From Saprolegnia diclina VS20 (lineage: Eukaryota): 64,000 nucleotides of DNA. The translations under genes and the position numbers were made by a program. The DNA is taken from NCBI RefSeq assembly GCF_000281045.1, contig NW_008246080.1, positions 257,844 through 321,843 of the forward strand, written 5' to 3'. Positions 33,301 to 43,961 of the stretch are shown here, piece by piece. Below the pieces are notes generated by a model, which worked only from the letters and a program-made list of their open reading frames with translations, searched no databases and was not told the origin of the DNA. Positions within the stretch are counted from its first letter, which is position 1; every line of letters starts with the position of its first letter.

Positions 33301-35510
33301 TCAACGATATTTTGGACCTTTCCAAGATCGAGGCCGGGCACTTGGAGATTCAGTCGGCGCCATTTTACATGGGCGACCTCCTCGACTACACGATCGACAT
33401 CTTCAAGCTCAAGGCCAAGGAGCGGGGCCTTCGCCTGGGTATCGTGCGTGGCAAGGACGTCCCGGACATTGTCATTGGCGATGTGATTCGGTTGCGTCAG
33501 ATTCTGCTCAACTTGCTCTCGAATGCCATCAAGTTTACCAACAAGGGCTCGATCACGGTCAAGTGTTCGGTCGTGACGCAGGCGCAGGCCGAGGTGCCAC
33601 CTGGTCACATCAAGATGCTCTTCCAGGTCATCGACACGGGCGTCGGCATGAACCCAGAGGAAAAGTCGATCTTGTTTTCGCTCTTCACCAAGCTCGAGCG
33701 GACGCGCAAGAACAACCCGACGGGGTCCGGCCTCGGCCTCGCGATCTGCAAGCAGCTCGTCGAGCTCATGGACGGGCACATTGACGTCGATAGCGAGCGC
33801 GATGTCGGGAGCACCTTCTTCTTCTCGGTCGTCGTGCGTCTTGCGCCGCCCGAGTACATTGCCAAGTTGGAAGCGCTCCGTGCCGTGTCCAAGTCGACGC
33901 TTGATGACGACGACGAGCTGCCAGAGCGATCCCGCGGCCGAAAAGACCGTGCGACGACCGTCGACTCGATCTTGATCCCGACGCCGCCGTCCGTGCCCAA
34001 GCACGCGCGGATCCTTGTGGTCGAAGACAACGACTTCAACTGGGAGGTCGTCAAGTGCTTTCTCCAAGAGGACGACCACTATTTGCAGTGGGAGCCCAAC
34101 GGCGAGCTCGCGGTCGAAGCGTACAAGCAGCACCACGACACGTTCGACTTGATTTTCATGGACTGCGAGATGCCTGTCATGGACGGGTACACGGCGACGC
34201 GCTGCATTCGCGAGTTTGAGCAAGAGCGCGGCCTCGATCGCATCCCGATCCTCGGGTTGACGGCATACGCGATGAACGACGACCGCGAAAAGTGTCTCAG
34301 CGCCGGCATGGACGAGTTCATTGTCAAGCCGATTGCCAAGGATGGCTTGCTCAAGATGATCACGTACTGGATGCGCCGGCGGTACATGCCCGAGCTGCGC
34401 GTCTCGGAGCCTGCGTATTTGCTCCACGAAGCGTCGTACTCGGACGTGGGCCCGTCACCGGTCGGGTCGATCGACAATGACATTCTCGCGCCATTGGCCG
34501 TGCACCGCGTCCAGCTGCCGCCGCCGACAAACGCCGGCCTCTTGCATGCGTCGACCCACACGCAAGAACTCGACTTGGCGCGCGCGATTTCCGACTTGGA
34601 GCTCGAAGATCCGTCCAAGATGGGCCAATATCGGCTCCAGGGCGCGGCCTCGCACCACCACCATTCGGACCCCATGTCCATGACAATGGACGGTACGACG
34701 TCGTTGGCGTCGATCACGTCCAACTCGGGCGGCAGCGTCAAGCCTGCGAGCTCGAGTATGTTTGCGCTCGGCAACCGCGCGTCGCTGACGCGGTCGTCGC
34801 CGCTGCAAATGCTCTTGGACGCGCAGGCGACGCACGTCACGTCGCGCACGGTGGGCCCCGACTTGCAGCTCGACGCCACGGACGCGACGCCCCCGCACAA
34901 GCGCAACACGTCCAACAGCCTTCCGGACGTGACCAAGCTCGAATTGCGGACCGACGTGGCGCAGGACTGGAAAGACTGGCGCGAACAGTCGTCGTCGATG
35001 AGCCGGCCGCTGCCTGATGACGACGACGAGCCCAAGCCGCCGGCCACAAACGTGACGTCGTCGGCGGTCCTCGAGATTGCGATTCCGGAGGGCGACCCGG
35101 TCGACTACTCGCTCGGAGTCTCGCAGTGCGGTGGCAACGAAGAGCTTTTTATCAACCTCCTCGGCAAGTACGCCATGGGGCTCGACATTGCGCTCCACCG
35201 CCTTGACGAAGCGTACAGCAGCCAAGACTTGTACGGACTTCGGCGCGAAGCGCACTCGCTCAAGGGTTCGTCGGCGTACGTGGCCGCGATGCGCGTCTCC
35301 AAGGCGGCGTACCGCGTCCAAGTGTGCGCCGAGCAAATGCTCTCGGACCAGCCCGACATCAACCTCTTTGTCTCGTCGTACACGCTGCTGCAGGACGAGC
35401 TCAACGCGCTCAAGGGGTACCTCCGTCGCAACTTTTCGTTCCACCACGCCGCGACGTCGGCGTCTACCAAGATGGACGCAAAGGGCACGACGCCGTGCTG
35501 CATCATGTAA
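30384..35510 (+). CDS. Hybrid sensor histidine kinase: tandem PAS - HisKA - HATPase - REC - HPt
   Basis: PAS units read ANAPIFGVD..WNKKA..GIGQDITE. The H-box is SHELRTPL, the N-box is NLLSNAIKFT, and the G-boxes are DTGVG and GSGLGL. The REC domain has FMDCEMPVMDG and KP, and the HPt has AHSLKGSS. Introns lie at ~32442-32491 and ~32673-32718. Confidence 0.95.
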   Translation: MDRRTSTSSRRPPQRRSTSSDGDHEEVRPAIDHEGILEAMGSVVFELDVDGVVTYMNHRAERVLDCYASDKVGMRFVDAFVPATLSDVPLNRANIEKQLHEVLSLAETVVFQCGLKTCGSPSNLVDMLLSAAPRLDSQRNVLGCVLVGTDVTNHSSEKISSEHVYSRILERANAPIFGVDVQGRVNIWNKKAAELTQFTADEVLGKDLVHEFIAPDYRDAVGAVLSQALXXXXXXXXXXXXXXXXXXXXXXXXXXXXXXXXXXXXXXXXXXXXXXXXXXXXXXXXXXXXXXXXXXXXXXXXXXXXXXXXXXXXXXXXXXXXXXXXXXXXXXXXXXXXXXXXXXXXXXXXXXXXXXXXXXXXXXXXXXXXXXXXXXXXXXXXXXXXXXXXXXXXXXXXXXXXXXXXXXXXXXXXXXXXXXXXXXXXXXXXXXXXXXXXXXXXXXXXXXXXXXXXEKFISEDYRKAVGYVLSKALNGVETANFEFPLITKTDRRVEILLNATPRYNELGKVMGMVGIGQDITERIAQEQEHSRLIDKANAPIFGVNTQGSVNIWNKKAAEITQYSQDEVMGENLVATFVSEEFREAVSEVFAKALTGVETANFEFPLVTKTDRRVQILLNATPRYNELGDVIGVVGIGQDITDRIAQEQEYARLIDTANAPIFGVDSEMRVNIWNKKAAQITHYSIAEVAVAVHRVQDIPTWWRRSWARTSSRRSSHPRCGPRSPRCSRRRSTASKPPTLSFRSLRGRAARLRFSSTRRRATTSTVHRLHRVHGVDQHLLGNIVGVVGIGQDITERIAQEQEYSRLIDTANAPIFGVDTRGRIVEWNQKIEKLTGYQKESILGMSLVDMFIIDESREAVRKLLNQALLGVDVGEMELPILNKQGIFLLLLVNASSKKDPHGNIQGVIGVGQDYTARKQMEAAKVNFLASFSHELRTPLNGILGMMELLKEMELGATPKRYVHIAYVSGSLLLNLINDILDLSKIEAGHLEIQSAPFYMGDLLDYTIDIFKLKAKERGLRLGIVRGKDVPDIVIGDVIRLRQILLNLLSNAIKFTNKGSITVKCSVVTQAQAEVPPGHIKMLFQVIDTGVGMNPEEKSILFSLFTKLERTRKNNPTGSGLGLAICKQLVELMDGHIDVDSERDVGSTFFFSVVVRLAPPEYIAKLEALRAVSKSTLDDDDELPERSRGRKDRATTVDSILIPTPPSVPKHARILVVEDNDFNWEVVKCFLQEDDHYLQWEPNGELAVEAYKQHHDTFDLIFMDCEMPVMDGYTATRCIREFEQERGLDRIPILGLTAYAMNDDREKCLSAGMDEFIVKPIAKDGLLKMITYWMRRRYMPELRVSEPAYLLHEASYSDVGPSPVGSIDNDILAPLAVHRVQLPPPTNAGLLHASTHTQELDLARAISDLELEDPSKMGQYRLQGAASHHHHSDPMSMTMDGTTSLASITSNSGGSVKPASSSMFALGNRASLTRSSPLQMLLDAQATHVTSRTVGPDLQLDATDATPPHKRNTSNSLPDVTKLELRTDVAQDWKDWREQSSSMSRPLPDDDDEPKPPATNVTSSAVLEIAIPEGDPVDYSLGVSQCGGNEELFINLLGKYAMGLDIALHRLDEAYSSQDLYGLRREAHSLKGSSAYVAAMRVSKAAYRVQVCAEQMLSDQPDINLFVSSYTLLQDELNALKGYLRRNFSFHHAATSASTKMDAKGTTPCCIM
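31073..31742. other. Assembly gap (670 N) within the PAS repeat array
   Basis: A run of N flanked by near-identical PAS-coding repeats with a 360-nt period. Confidence 1.
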
Positions 35511-35590
35511 CGACAACGACTAAGTACACATATCCATGACGTTATTGACACCACACAACATGTACCCCATCGCAGCCGGCGATGGAGAGA

Positions 35591-37982
35591 TCACAGCATG
35601 AGGCGGCGACGCGTACCGTAGAGGAGCCCCATGCACAGCAGCAAGAAGCACGCAAGACGCCGGCGCGCAGCGCGGCCCGCCTTGAGCCAAACAAGCGCCA
35701 GCGCGGTCGCAAAGAGCGGCGCAAGGTACCAGAGCGTCCACTGGCGCTTCGTGTGCTGCTTCTGACGCCTAATCGCGACATGTCGTGTTGCATATCAACG
35801 ACTTGAGAAGGGTACTGGAATCGCTGCTTCATCTTGGCCGCGCACTCGAGCAGATCCGAGAGGTCGACGTGACCGTCCTTGTTGCAGTCGAGGGCCTTGG
35901 TGTACAGAATGGCTTTTTCGTCCGAGATCGGCTCGACTAGATGGAAAAGAAGGTTGCTGCGACTGTAGATCCCACGACAAATGGAAATGCGTACGCAAGA
36001 TGCGTTCGATGAAGCGCGCAATCTCGTCGGGCTGCAGCACCATGTCGCCATCCACGTCCATGAGCGTGAACATCAGCTTTAGCATCTCAAGCTCCTTGGT
36101 TGAAAAGAGCTACGTGAATCACATCGTTGCCCACCATATCCAAGACACGCCGAATCGACAGACAGACCTTGGACTGGTCTGGCGAGACAAGATTGTCGAC
36201 GGTGCTCGACATATTGTCCGTGGGGCTCTTGCCTTGCTTCCACTCGAGGGTGATGGCGTCCCATTCCGGGTTGAGTGCGTGTGGATGGCGCTCGCTCGAC
36301 CGTCGGCGCTTGAGCTTGGCCGCACCTGACACAACAAGATCGTCGAGTTCTGTTGCACAATCTTCGACGATGACGTACTTGCGGGTGTGTCGATGGCCAC
36401 AGGCTCGTCGAGGATGAGCCCGACAGCGGACGCGCCAAGACTGTAGCGCCGAAGTGGTGTTCGCGACGTATCGCCCGTCGTCTCGTCCATATCGACGGGG
36501 ACAGCTCCAACGTCATTGAGCTCGGCCATTTCTTCGAAAAACTGTGTGCTTGGGGGAATGTACGGCAGCGTCGCCTCGAAGAGAGACCACATGCCTTCCG
36601 ACTGTGCATACCGCCGTGGAAACGGGTGTCGCGTCGCTTGGAGCTGTTCGACATCAAAGCCGTTGGGTGCGTCTGAAATGTACATCATGGCGCCCTACAC
36701 CTCCGTCATGAGCAAGCGTTCGAATAGAAATTGTGGATGCCGTACGAGGTTGTTGTACTCGTCGCAGTAATTCGGCGCCGAGAAGAGCGTAATGACAGGC
36801 GGGAAGCTCGTGTCGGGCCGTGTGTCGAGCGGCAAGTACGCTTGGGACGAAAAATGAAACAGAAAACCTTCGTCCTGGAGCTCGTGCGCGCGCAGAATGC
36901 ACAGTAGATTGTTGCGGTTCAAGAACGAGTAGACGGCCAAGCAGCCATAGTAATACGAGCACCCCCGGACCTAGTACATAGATCTCATTTTGCAGACTTG
37001 TCTGGACGAGCGGCATACCTCGTTGGGCGACCAGCGCGCCGTCTCGGGGACGATGGATGGTCGCTTTTTTAGTCTTGTCTTGGTTTGATAGGACGTTGAC
37101 GTTTCTTCAGGCGGTGTACGGTTGTCATCTATGGATGTACACATGAGATCGAGTCGATAAACGTACTGGAGAACCTTCGTCGGGGGGCGGCAGCTCAACT
37201 TCGTACTCGGGCACCGGGTCCGACCACAAAAGGTCGCAGAGCGGACCGCTCGTCGCTGGTTCTTGTCGCCGGTTCAAGGCCTGGATGTCGGCGATCGTAT
37301 CGAGGTCGGGCGAAAGGCCTGCGTGGACGCAAAAGATGCGTCCATCCGGTGCGTCGAGGATGGCGGCCAGCGGCAGCGATCGAAAGCACTCGATAAAGTG
37401 AAAGTAGACCGAGAGACCGTACTTGGCCTTGCACTCGAGGCGAAAGCCGTAGAAGGACGAGATGGCTTCGCACTCGTGGTTGCCGCGTAAGAGAAAGACG
37501 CGGTTTGGCGCCTACGTAGCATCTTGTGCTTGCATCGTAGGAGAGGGTAGCGTACGTGTATCTTCATGCAGAGGAGGAAGAGCATGACTTCGCACGAAAA
37601 GACGCCCCGATCCACATAGTCGCCGAGGAAGAGCAGCTTGCGATCTACCTCGATCGTCGTCGCATGCTAGCGCAGAGAGACGCTTGCTTGATGCTACCTG
37701 CATGTTCGGGCTTGTTGGAAAAGAACTCGATCTGGTCGAGCATCTTGAGCAGGTCGAAGAACTGTCCATGCAGATCGCCGACGACTACACATGGGGCGTC
37801 GTCCTGCACCTCGTTCGATGCGCAATTCTCCATGTACCGACGACGGGGGCTTGGATCTCGAGCACGTTGGGCTCCATGTCCATGAGGTCGAGCGCATCAT
37901 GGATGATCCCGAGCGCGGTCTCGGTCGGGATGCGTTCCTGGGCCTCGAAGAGCCGCCGAAGGTCGGGAAGCGCCGGCGCCAT
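35591..37982 (-). CDS. Calcineurin-A (PP2B)-like Ser/Thr phosphatase with C-terminal EF-hands and a hydrophobic tail, multi-exon
   Basis: PPP motifs are [47 protein letters not shown] and [15 protein letters not shown] loops are [12 protein letters not shown] and [12 protein letters not shown]. The 3' exon depends on a predicted intron at 35769-35815. Confidence 0.85.
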
Positions 37983-38278
37983 GCTCTTGAAACTCAATTT
38001 TCGGAAATGATGGAGCCATTGCACGCAGTTTAAACCCACCCCATTTAAAACGCATACAATTGTCCCTATAGAACGTGGGCACTCGCATTATATTTTGCTT
38101 GGCCAACGAGCGCGTCGTTGATTGGCTAAAAAGCGATCCTAGATCTCCCAGTCGACGCGACGGCCGATCGTGTGCCGCAACTCGCCATGACGCTACTGTT
38201 TTAGTCAACAGCGTCTAGTCAACAGACTAGTAGACAACAAATGTAGTATATATTGTGGCGGACTAGAGCCGTAGCTTG

Positions 38279-40068
38279 CTACGCGCACGTGGCCTGAATG
38301 TCGCGCGGCAGACCCATCGTCCGCAGCGTCGACGGGTTCACGATCAGCGTCATGCCCATGCCGGTGGCCATGTCCCACTCAATGTGGCAGTGGAAGAGCC
38401 AGACGCCAGGGTTGTCGAGCACAACCCGCAAGATCGTCCAGCCGGGCTGGACGCACTCGCCGCGGAACGAATCGCAAGCGGCGACGGCGACCGTGTCCCG
38501 CTTCAAGGGCGCGGCCAGTGCATTGAGCGATTCCAAGCTAGGAATACGCGCCAAGTTGGTGCCTTGCGCCATGACCCAGAACGCATGGCCGTGCATGTGG
38601 AATGGGTGCTCGCCCTGGTTGTAGTTGATGACCAGAATCTGGACACTGGTGCGAGCCTTATGCAGCACGAGCGGGTGGATCTCGGCGGGCAGCGGGTCGT
38701 CGTCGATCACTGCAAAGAGCGTCGGCTTGGTCGTTGTGTACCGGTACGGAAACGCCGGTCCATCGTCGATCGCGACGTGGGGGCCCGAGACGTTGGTCAC
38801 GTCGTTCTTCTGGATGCGAATGGTAAAGTTAAAAGCGAGTTCCGGCACGGGCGGCACCTCCTTTAGCAGCGGCACCAAGTGCAATTCGTCCAAGTCGATG
38901 CGATCTGTCATCGTGACATCGTCCTGCGGCGCGTCATCGGTCGCGTTGGTGTAGGACCAAACCGCCTTGCCGTAAATGTCTTGGCCGGTTGGCGGCACGA
39001 GGAAGAAGAGCGGCGCCACATTGTTCATCGTGGCGCGGAGCCAAAAGCTGGTTTCGGTCGACGCGTTCGTGTGCACGATGACGTCGTAGCGCTGGGCGAC
39101 GTTGATGCGCAGGTGCGTCACCAAAGTCGGCTCCACGTCGATGCCGTCGACGCTTACCACCGTCATCACGTGGCCGTCCAAGCTCACGTTGAAGCCCGCG
39201 AACGCAGCCGTGTTGATGAGGCGAAGACGGTACGACGCATTGCGACGCACGTGAAACGTGGTGTACGCTGCATGTGGCGTGCACGCTCCGGCGGCAAACG
39301 AGCAGTTGAAGCGCCCTCGGCCGTTCACGAGCGCAGCGTCGGGGATGATGTCCACGGGGCGGTTAATATCGAGGCTAGGCGACTAGAGCTGTCGTATGAG
39401 AACCCAATTGGAGAGTGATTCGTAGTATTGCGTACGTTGATGGCAGCAACAACGTCGGCACCTTGGCGGTGATACCAGTCGCTGAGCTGCACGATGAGCT
39501 CTTCGTCGGTGCGTACCGCAGGTGGAGCAATCGGGTCGATGATCATGGGCCCGCGGAGACCGTCAATGTACTGGGGTCCGTGGTGCGAGTGCCACCAGTA
39601 CGTGCCCGATTGCTACATCATTGTATGGTGAGAAAGGCCACGGACGCCTGCAGTTCATACCTCGAGCTTGACCGCGTACGTGAGGCGGCCGCCGGCCGGG
39701 ATCGGACACTGCGTGACGTGCGAGGCCCCGTCGTACGCGTTGCTATGGTTCTGGAAGATGCCGTGCCAGTGGATCGTCGTCGGCTCGTCCAGATCGTTGA
39801 GCACATGCACCACGAGGCGCTGGCCCTCAACTGCGCGGATGACAAAGTCCCAGCCAAAGCCGCCGTTGACACCAATCATGCTGCGGTTGACGCCGTCGGG
39901 TGCGCCGAAAAGTTGGTGAAGGCGCATCGTGTACGTCACGGTATTGTTGTTGCTCTCGTCATGCACCGGCGAGCTGCTCGACGAGGTGAGTGCGTTCATC
40001 GACGCGACAAACGCAGCGATGAAGAGGGCGAGCACCACAAGCAGTCCGAGCTGGTTCGAGGTCGCCAT
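38279..40068 (-). CDS. Secreted multicopper oxidase (laccase/ascorbate-oxidase-like)
   Basis: The N-terminal hydrophobic signal is [16 protein letters not shown]. Copper motifs are [17 protein letters not shown] and [12 protein letters not shown]. Introns lie at ~39613-39660 and near 39370-39435. Confidence 0.92.
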
Positions 40069-40080
40069 GCGCATGAAAGG

Positions 40081-40098
40081 GCAAATGAAAAAGTGAGT
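40081..40098 (-). promoter_or_regulatory. Oomycete Inr/FPR-like core promoter of the multicopper oxidase
   Basis: The minus strand reads CTCACTTTTTCATTTGC, 13-30 nt upstream of the ATG. Similar elements occur at ~18051 (+), ~37993-38010 (-), ~44635 (+) and ~50107 (+). Confidence 0.6.
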
Positions 40099-40301
40099 TT
40101 TGAAAGAAACGATCTGCCGTGCGGATGGCGCCAACAAATGCTTCGATGATGATGCCCGTGGATCGCGATGGGCGTCATATACGACCTACATTCTCGGTCG
40201 ACAAAAGTTTCACAGCGGCGAGCATGCTTCCTGTCCATGCTCGTTGGACACGGCGGGACTAGTCGAGATTCTATAACAATATAACAGTCTTCTCCGCCCA
40301 C

Positions 40302-40475
40302 ATGCCTGTGTCCAAGCCCGTGGCGCTCACAGCCCTCGTTGTCTTCGTCGTCTTGGCCATGCTGCTGACGTTCGCCGTGGTTGCGTGGCAGTTCCAAGCG
40401 CAGGAAGCCAACGACCGTCGTGCGAACGCTCGCTTCAACACCACATCAAAATCGCCCCGAGCCTCGCTTCGTTAG
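40302..40475 (+). CDS. Putative 57-aa single-pass membrane microprotein
   Basis: MPVSKPVALTALVVFVVLAMLLTFAVVAWQFQAQEANDRRANARFNTTSKSPRASLR*. It has GC3-rich codons and falls below the ORF-track length cutoff. Confidence 0.5.
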   Translation: MPVSKPVALTALVVFVVLAMLLTFAVVAWQFQAQEANDRRANARFNTTSKSPRASLR

Positions 40476-40792
40476 TAGTATACCGGTCCATAAATTCGAG
40501 CGCAGGCCACGTACGTAGTCAGTACTCGTAAGCATCTCGTACCGATAGCTATTAGTGTACACGGAAATAAGGGTCTTGCGTACCTTGGGTTTTATAGCCT
40601 TCGGATAGCTTTGAAGGAACTGCCGGGGCGCTTGGCGACCCCATCCCGACGGGTCGACAACAGCGTCGACAACATGTTGAAGTTGGCGGCCACTGCATAA
40701 TAAAATTATATTCTAAATAAATTTATCAACGTCAGCCACGAAATGGCATATTATTTCCGAGAAAGATCGCAACCCGTTCAGTCAGCAGCAGC

Positions 40793-42034
40793 ATGGGGTT
40801 CCGCGCGCATCTCGTTCTCGTCATGCTCGTCGTCGCCAACGCAGTGGCCAAAGACGCAAGCGGGTTTGGTCTCGCTCAGCACGTTGTCCTCTTTGGGTAT
40901 GCACTGCGCTAGGCGCCAGCATGCAGCTGACATTTCGATAGGCTCGACGGGCTCGACGTGCGCTGCCTGCACCAAGCACTCGACAATGGCCTCGCGCCGC
41001 ACATGCACTACCTGCGCTCGCACGGCGTGTACACAGACAGCGCGCGCAACAATCGACCGGCGGTGAGCTTGCCCAACTGGGCGACGATCTTCTACGGTGC
41101 GAGTGTCATGTTCCACGGCGTCACGAGCAATGCGTGGACCTACTGCGCGCCTAGTAATCACTCACTGGGCATGTCGTCCATCTTGCCGCCGTGCGTCGTG
41201 TACCCCGACCTCTTCTCCGTCACCAAGCAGCAGCTTCCCGACGCGAGTACCGCCATGCTGTACACGTGGCCGAGCCTGGACGCGATCTTGCCGCCAAAGG
41301 TCGTCAACATCGATACGCACGCGTACTTTGCCTCGGATGCGACCTGCAACATGACGCTGGACGCATCACGTAACGCGACCGACGCTGCGATCGCGATTCT
41401 CTCGAACGCGTCGACGATACCCGAAGTGCTCTTTCTCTACTTGGACGAGGTCGACAACTGCGCGCACGAAGCGAGCTGCTTCTCCGACATTGGCCAAGCC
41501 GCGATTGCTTCGATGGATGCCAACATTGGCGCCGTCCTCAAGGCCGTCAAGAGCGCAGGCGCATGGAACTCGACTGTCTTCTTCCTGGTCTCCGACCACG
41601 GCCGCAACGAAGATGGCGTCGACCACGGAGACGTCTCGCCGACCAACGAGCAGGTGCAATGGGCGGTATTTGGTCATGGCCTGAGCAGCGGCAGCCGCGA
41701 GCTCAAGTCGGCCATCTCGATCGAAGACACGGCGCCGACGATCGCGCATGTCCTCGGGTTTGCATCGCCCCTCGAGTGGCACGGCCGCGTCGTAGACGAA
41801 GTTTTTCTCGAAGCCAACGAATCGCTCTACACGGCGGCCAAAAGCGCGTGGAACCTCTGCCTCATGCAGTCGTGCGCGCCGCTCGACGACGAGGGCACGT
41901 CCGGCGCTCCGAGCTCGTCTGAGGACATCAACTGGGTGCTCGGGCTCACGTCGACGGCGGTCCTAGTTTTGGCGCTGGGCCTTGCGCTGTGCATTCGCTT
42001 CTATAGCCCTCGAAGCGGCTACGACGCCATTTGA
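40793..42034 (+). CDS. Alkaline-phosphatase superfamily (NPP/type I phosphodiesterase-like) ectoenzyme, type I membrane protein
   Basis: A signal peptide is followed by VVLFG|LDG, SLPNW, DEVDNCAH, SDHG and DTAPTI. A C-terminal TM segment precedes a YDAI tail. The intron is at ~40897-40941. Confidence 0.85.
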
Positions 42035-42210
42035 AGCCGTCGCTTTTTGTAACCTGAACCCTTTGTACATGTATATATATATATGTGGGTGATGGGCACG
42101 ACGCAAGACGACGATGGAAGCTCCATACTGGGACGTCGTCTGCAGGTCGATGTAGACATACGCAAACGCTCGTGACTCTATTCACGGGCGGCAATTACAT
42201 CATCATCTCT

Positions 42211-42707
42211 CTACTTGGCGAACGGCTTGAGCAAGTCTTCCAACTCGCCCGACTTGTGCATATCCGAGATGATGTCGCAGCCGCCGACAAACTCGCCGTT
42301 GACAAAGAGCTGCGGGATCGTGGGCCATTGTCTAGACGAAACGAGAATTAGCGATCGGACGCAAATCCAAAGTGGGCGTACGAGAACTCCTTGACGCCTT
42401 CGCGGATCTCGGGGTGGTCCAAGACGTTGACGCTGTCAAAGCTAATGCCCTGCGCGTGCAAGATCTGGACGACCTGGCGCGAGAAGCCGCACTGCGGCGA
42501 CGTCGGCGTGCCCTTCATGTAGAGCATGATCGGGTACGTCTCGACGTGGCTCTGGATGAGCTTGAGCACATCATCGGGCTCGGCCGACGCCGCCGCATGG
42601 TACTTGGGCTTGAAGTCGTCGTGCGTGTCCGAGAAGAGGCGGGCAGGCGCGGCCATGCGCAGGGCACGGGCCGTCGGCAGCGAACGCGAAGCAAGGCGGG
42701 CGAGCAT
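42211..42707 (-). CDS. GRX5: Mitochondrial monothiol glutaredoxin (Grx5, CGFS type)
   Basis: An Arg/Ala-rich presequence is followed by [31 protein letters not shown] and one intron. Confidence 0.95.
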
Positions 42708-43100
42708 TATAAAGTGAAGTTGTGGTCAAGCGCCACAACGCGATTCGCCCAATGGCATCGCACCAGGTATTCCAGGCAGCCAATCAACACGCGAGGCAAG
42801 CTGCACTTTTGACGAATCACATGTGGAAAGAGCGCTTGCGAAGGCCACGCTGTTAGTTTCGGCATATGCCACTTGAAAGATAACGTCGCCACGACAGCCG
42901 CGTCGATCCACGTGATGACAACGCATGCCAATGTACCCTTTCTGAATGGTATGTTCGCACATGGGACGACGCGTGTCGTTGGAAATGACACGTCGTGACG
43001 CCTGCCACTGCGTCCAAGGACAGAGTTCGGTTGTGCTGCCTGAACTCTTGTACGCGGCATGTGCCGCATTCAAGACAGCCAATCGCCACTCCTCCAAGCG

Positions 43101-43961
43101 ATGCAGCACAAGCGTGCCCGAAAGCCCAAGCCGGCCGTGGTGCCACCGCGCCTGCAGCAGCCGACGACTGGCAGCGCGCCGCTAGCGTCTGACTACGAGG
43201 CCATTGCGCCCTATTTGAACCAAGGCACCTGCCGCTATTTTGTCCTCAAGACATTCAGCGAAGCCGACGTGCACAAGAGGTACCGCCTCAGAGTCGCTGG
43301 ATCGGTCGTCACAGCATGGCACGCATGGCATAGCATCAAGTATGGCATCTGGACGAGCACGTACATTAGCAACCACTTCCTCGACGCGGCCTTTGGCCGG
43401 GATCTCTCGTGCATGCGCCCGATCCTCTTCTTCTTCAGGTACAGTCCTCGATCCTCGCATCGCTCCAAGCCTCATCGTTGTATGGTTGCAGTGTCTGTGG
43501 CAGCAAGCACTTTTGCGGCATTGCGCGCATGACGTCGGGCCTCAACAGCGACCGCAATTTCTTGCTCTGGGAAAAAACCAAGTACGAAGGCTACTTCAAC
43601 ATCGAGTGGCTCGTCGTCAAGGACGTGCCCAACCACGCGCTCAAGACGATCGTGCTCCCGACCGACGGCAAAAACATCACGTCGGTGCGCGACTGCGACG
43701 AAATCCCGTTCAACGAGGTACACCATTACGAACCACCGTGGTATTATCATTCGAGTACAGGCGTCCGAGTTTCTGCAGCGCTTTGTCGCCCACGACGGGG
43801 CCACGAGTCTCTTGGAAGACATGGAGCACTACGACACGCTCCAGCGCGCCCTGGAAATCAAGCGTGGCTTGAGCAACGTCCCGCCGACAGCCGACGTCGA
43901 CGACTTCTTGACGCCCGCGATTGCGACCGAGGTGCGAAGGCGCCGCACTTCATCGTGTTAA
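43101..43961 (+). CDS. YTH-domain (m6A reader) protein, 4 exons
   Basis: RYFVLK....DVHK|SIKYGIWTST, LFFF|SV.GS.HFCGIARM, F.IEWLVVKDVPN and RDCDEI are present. Confidence 0.92.
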
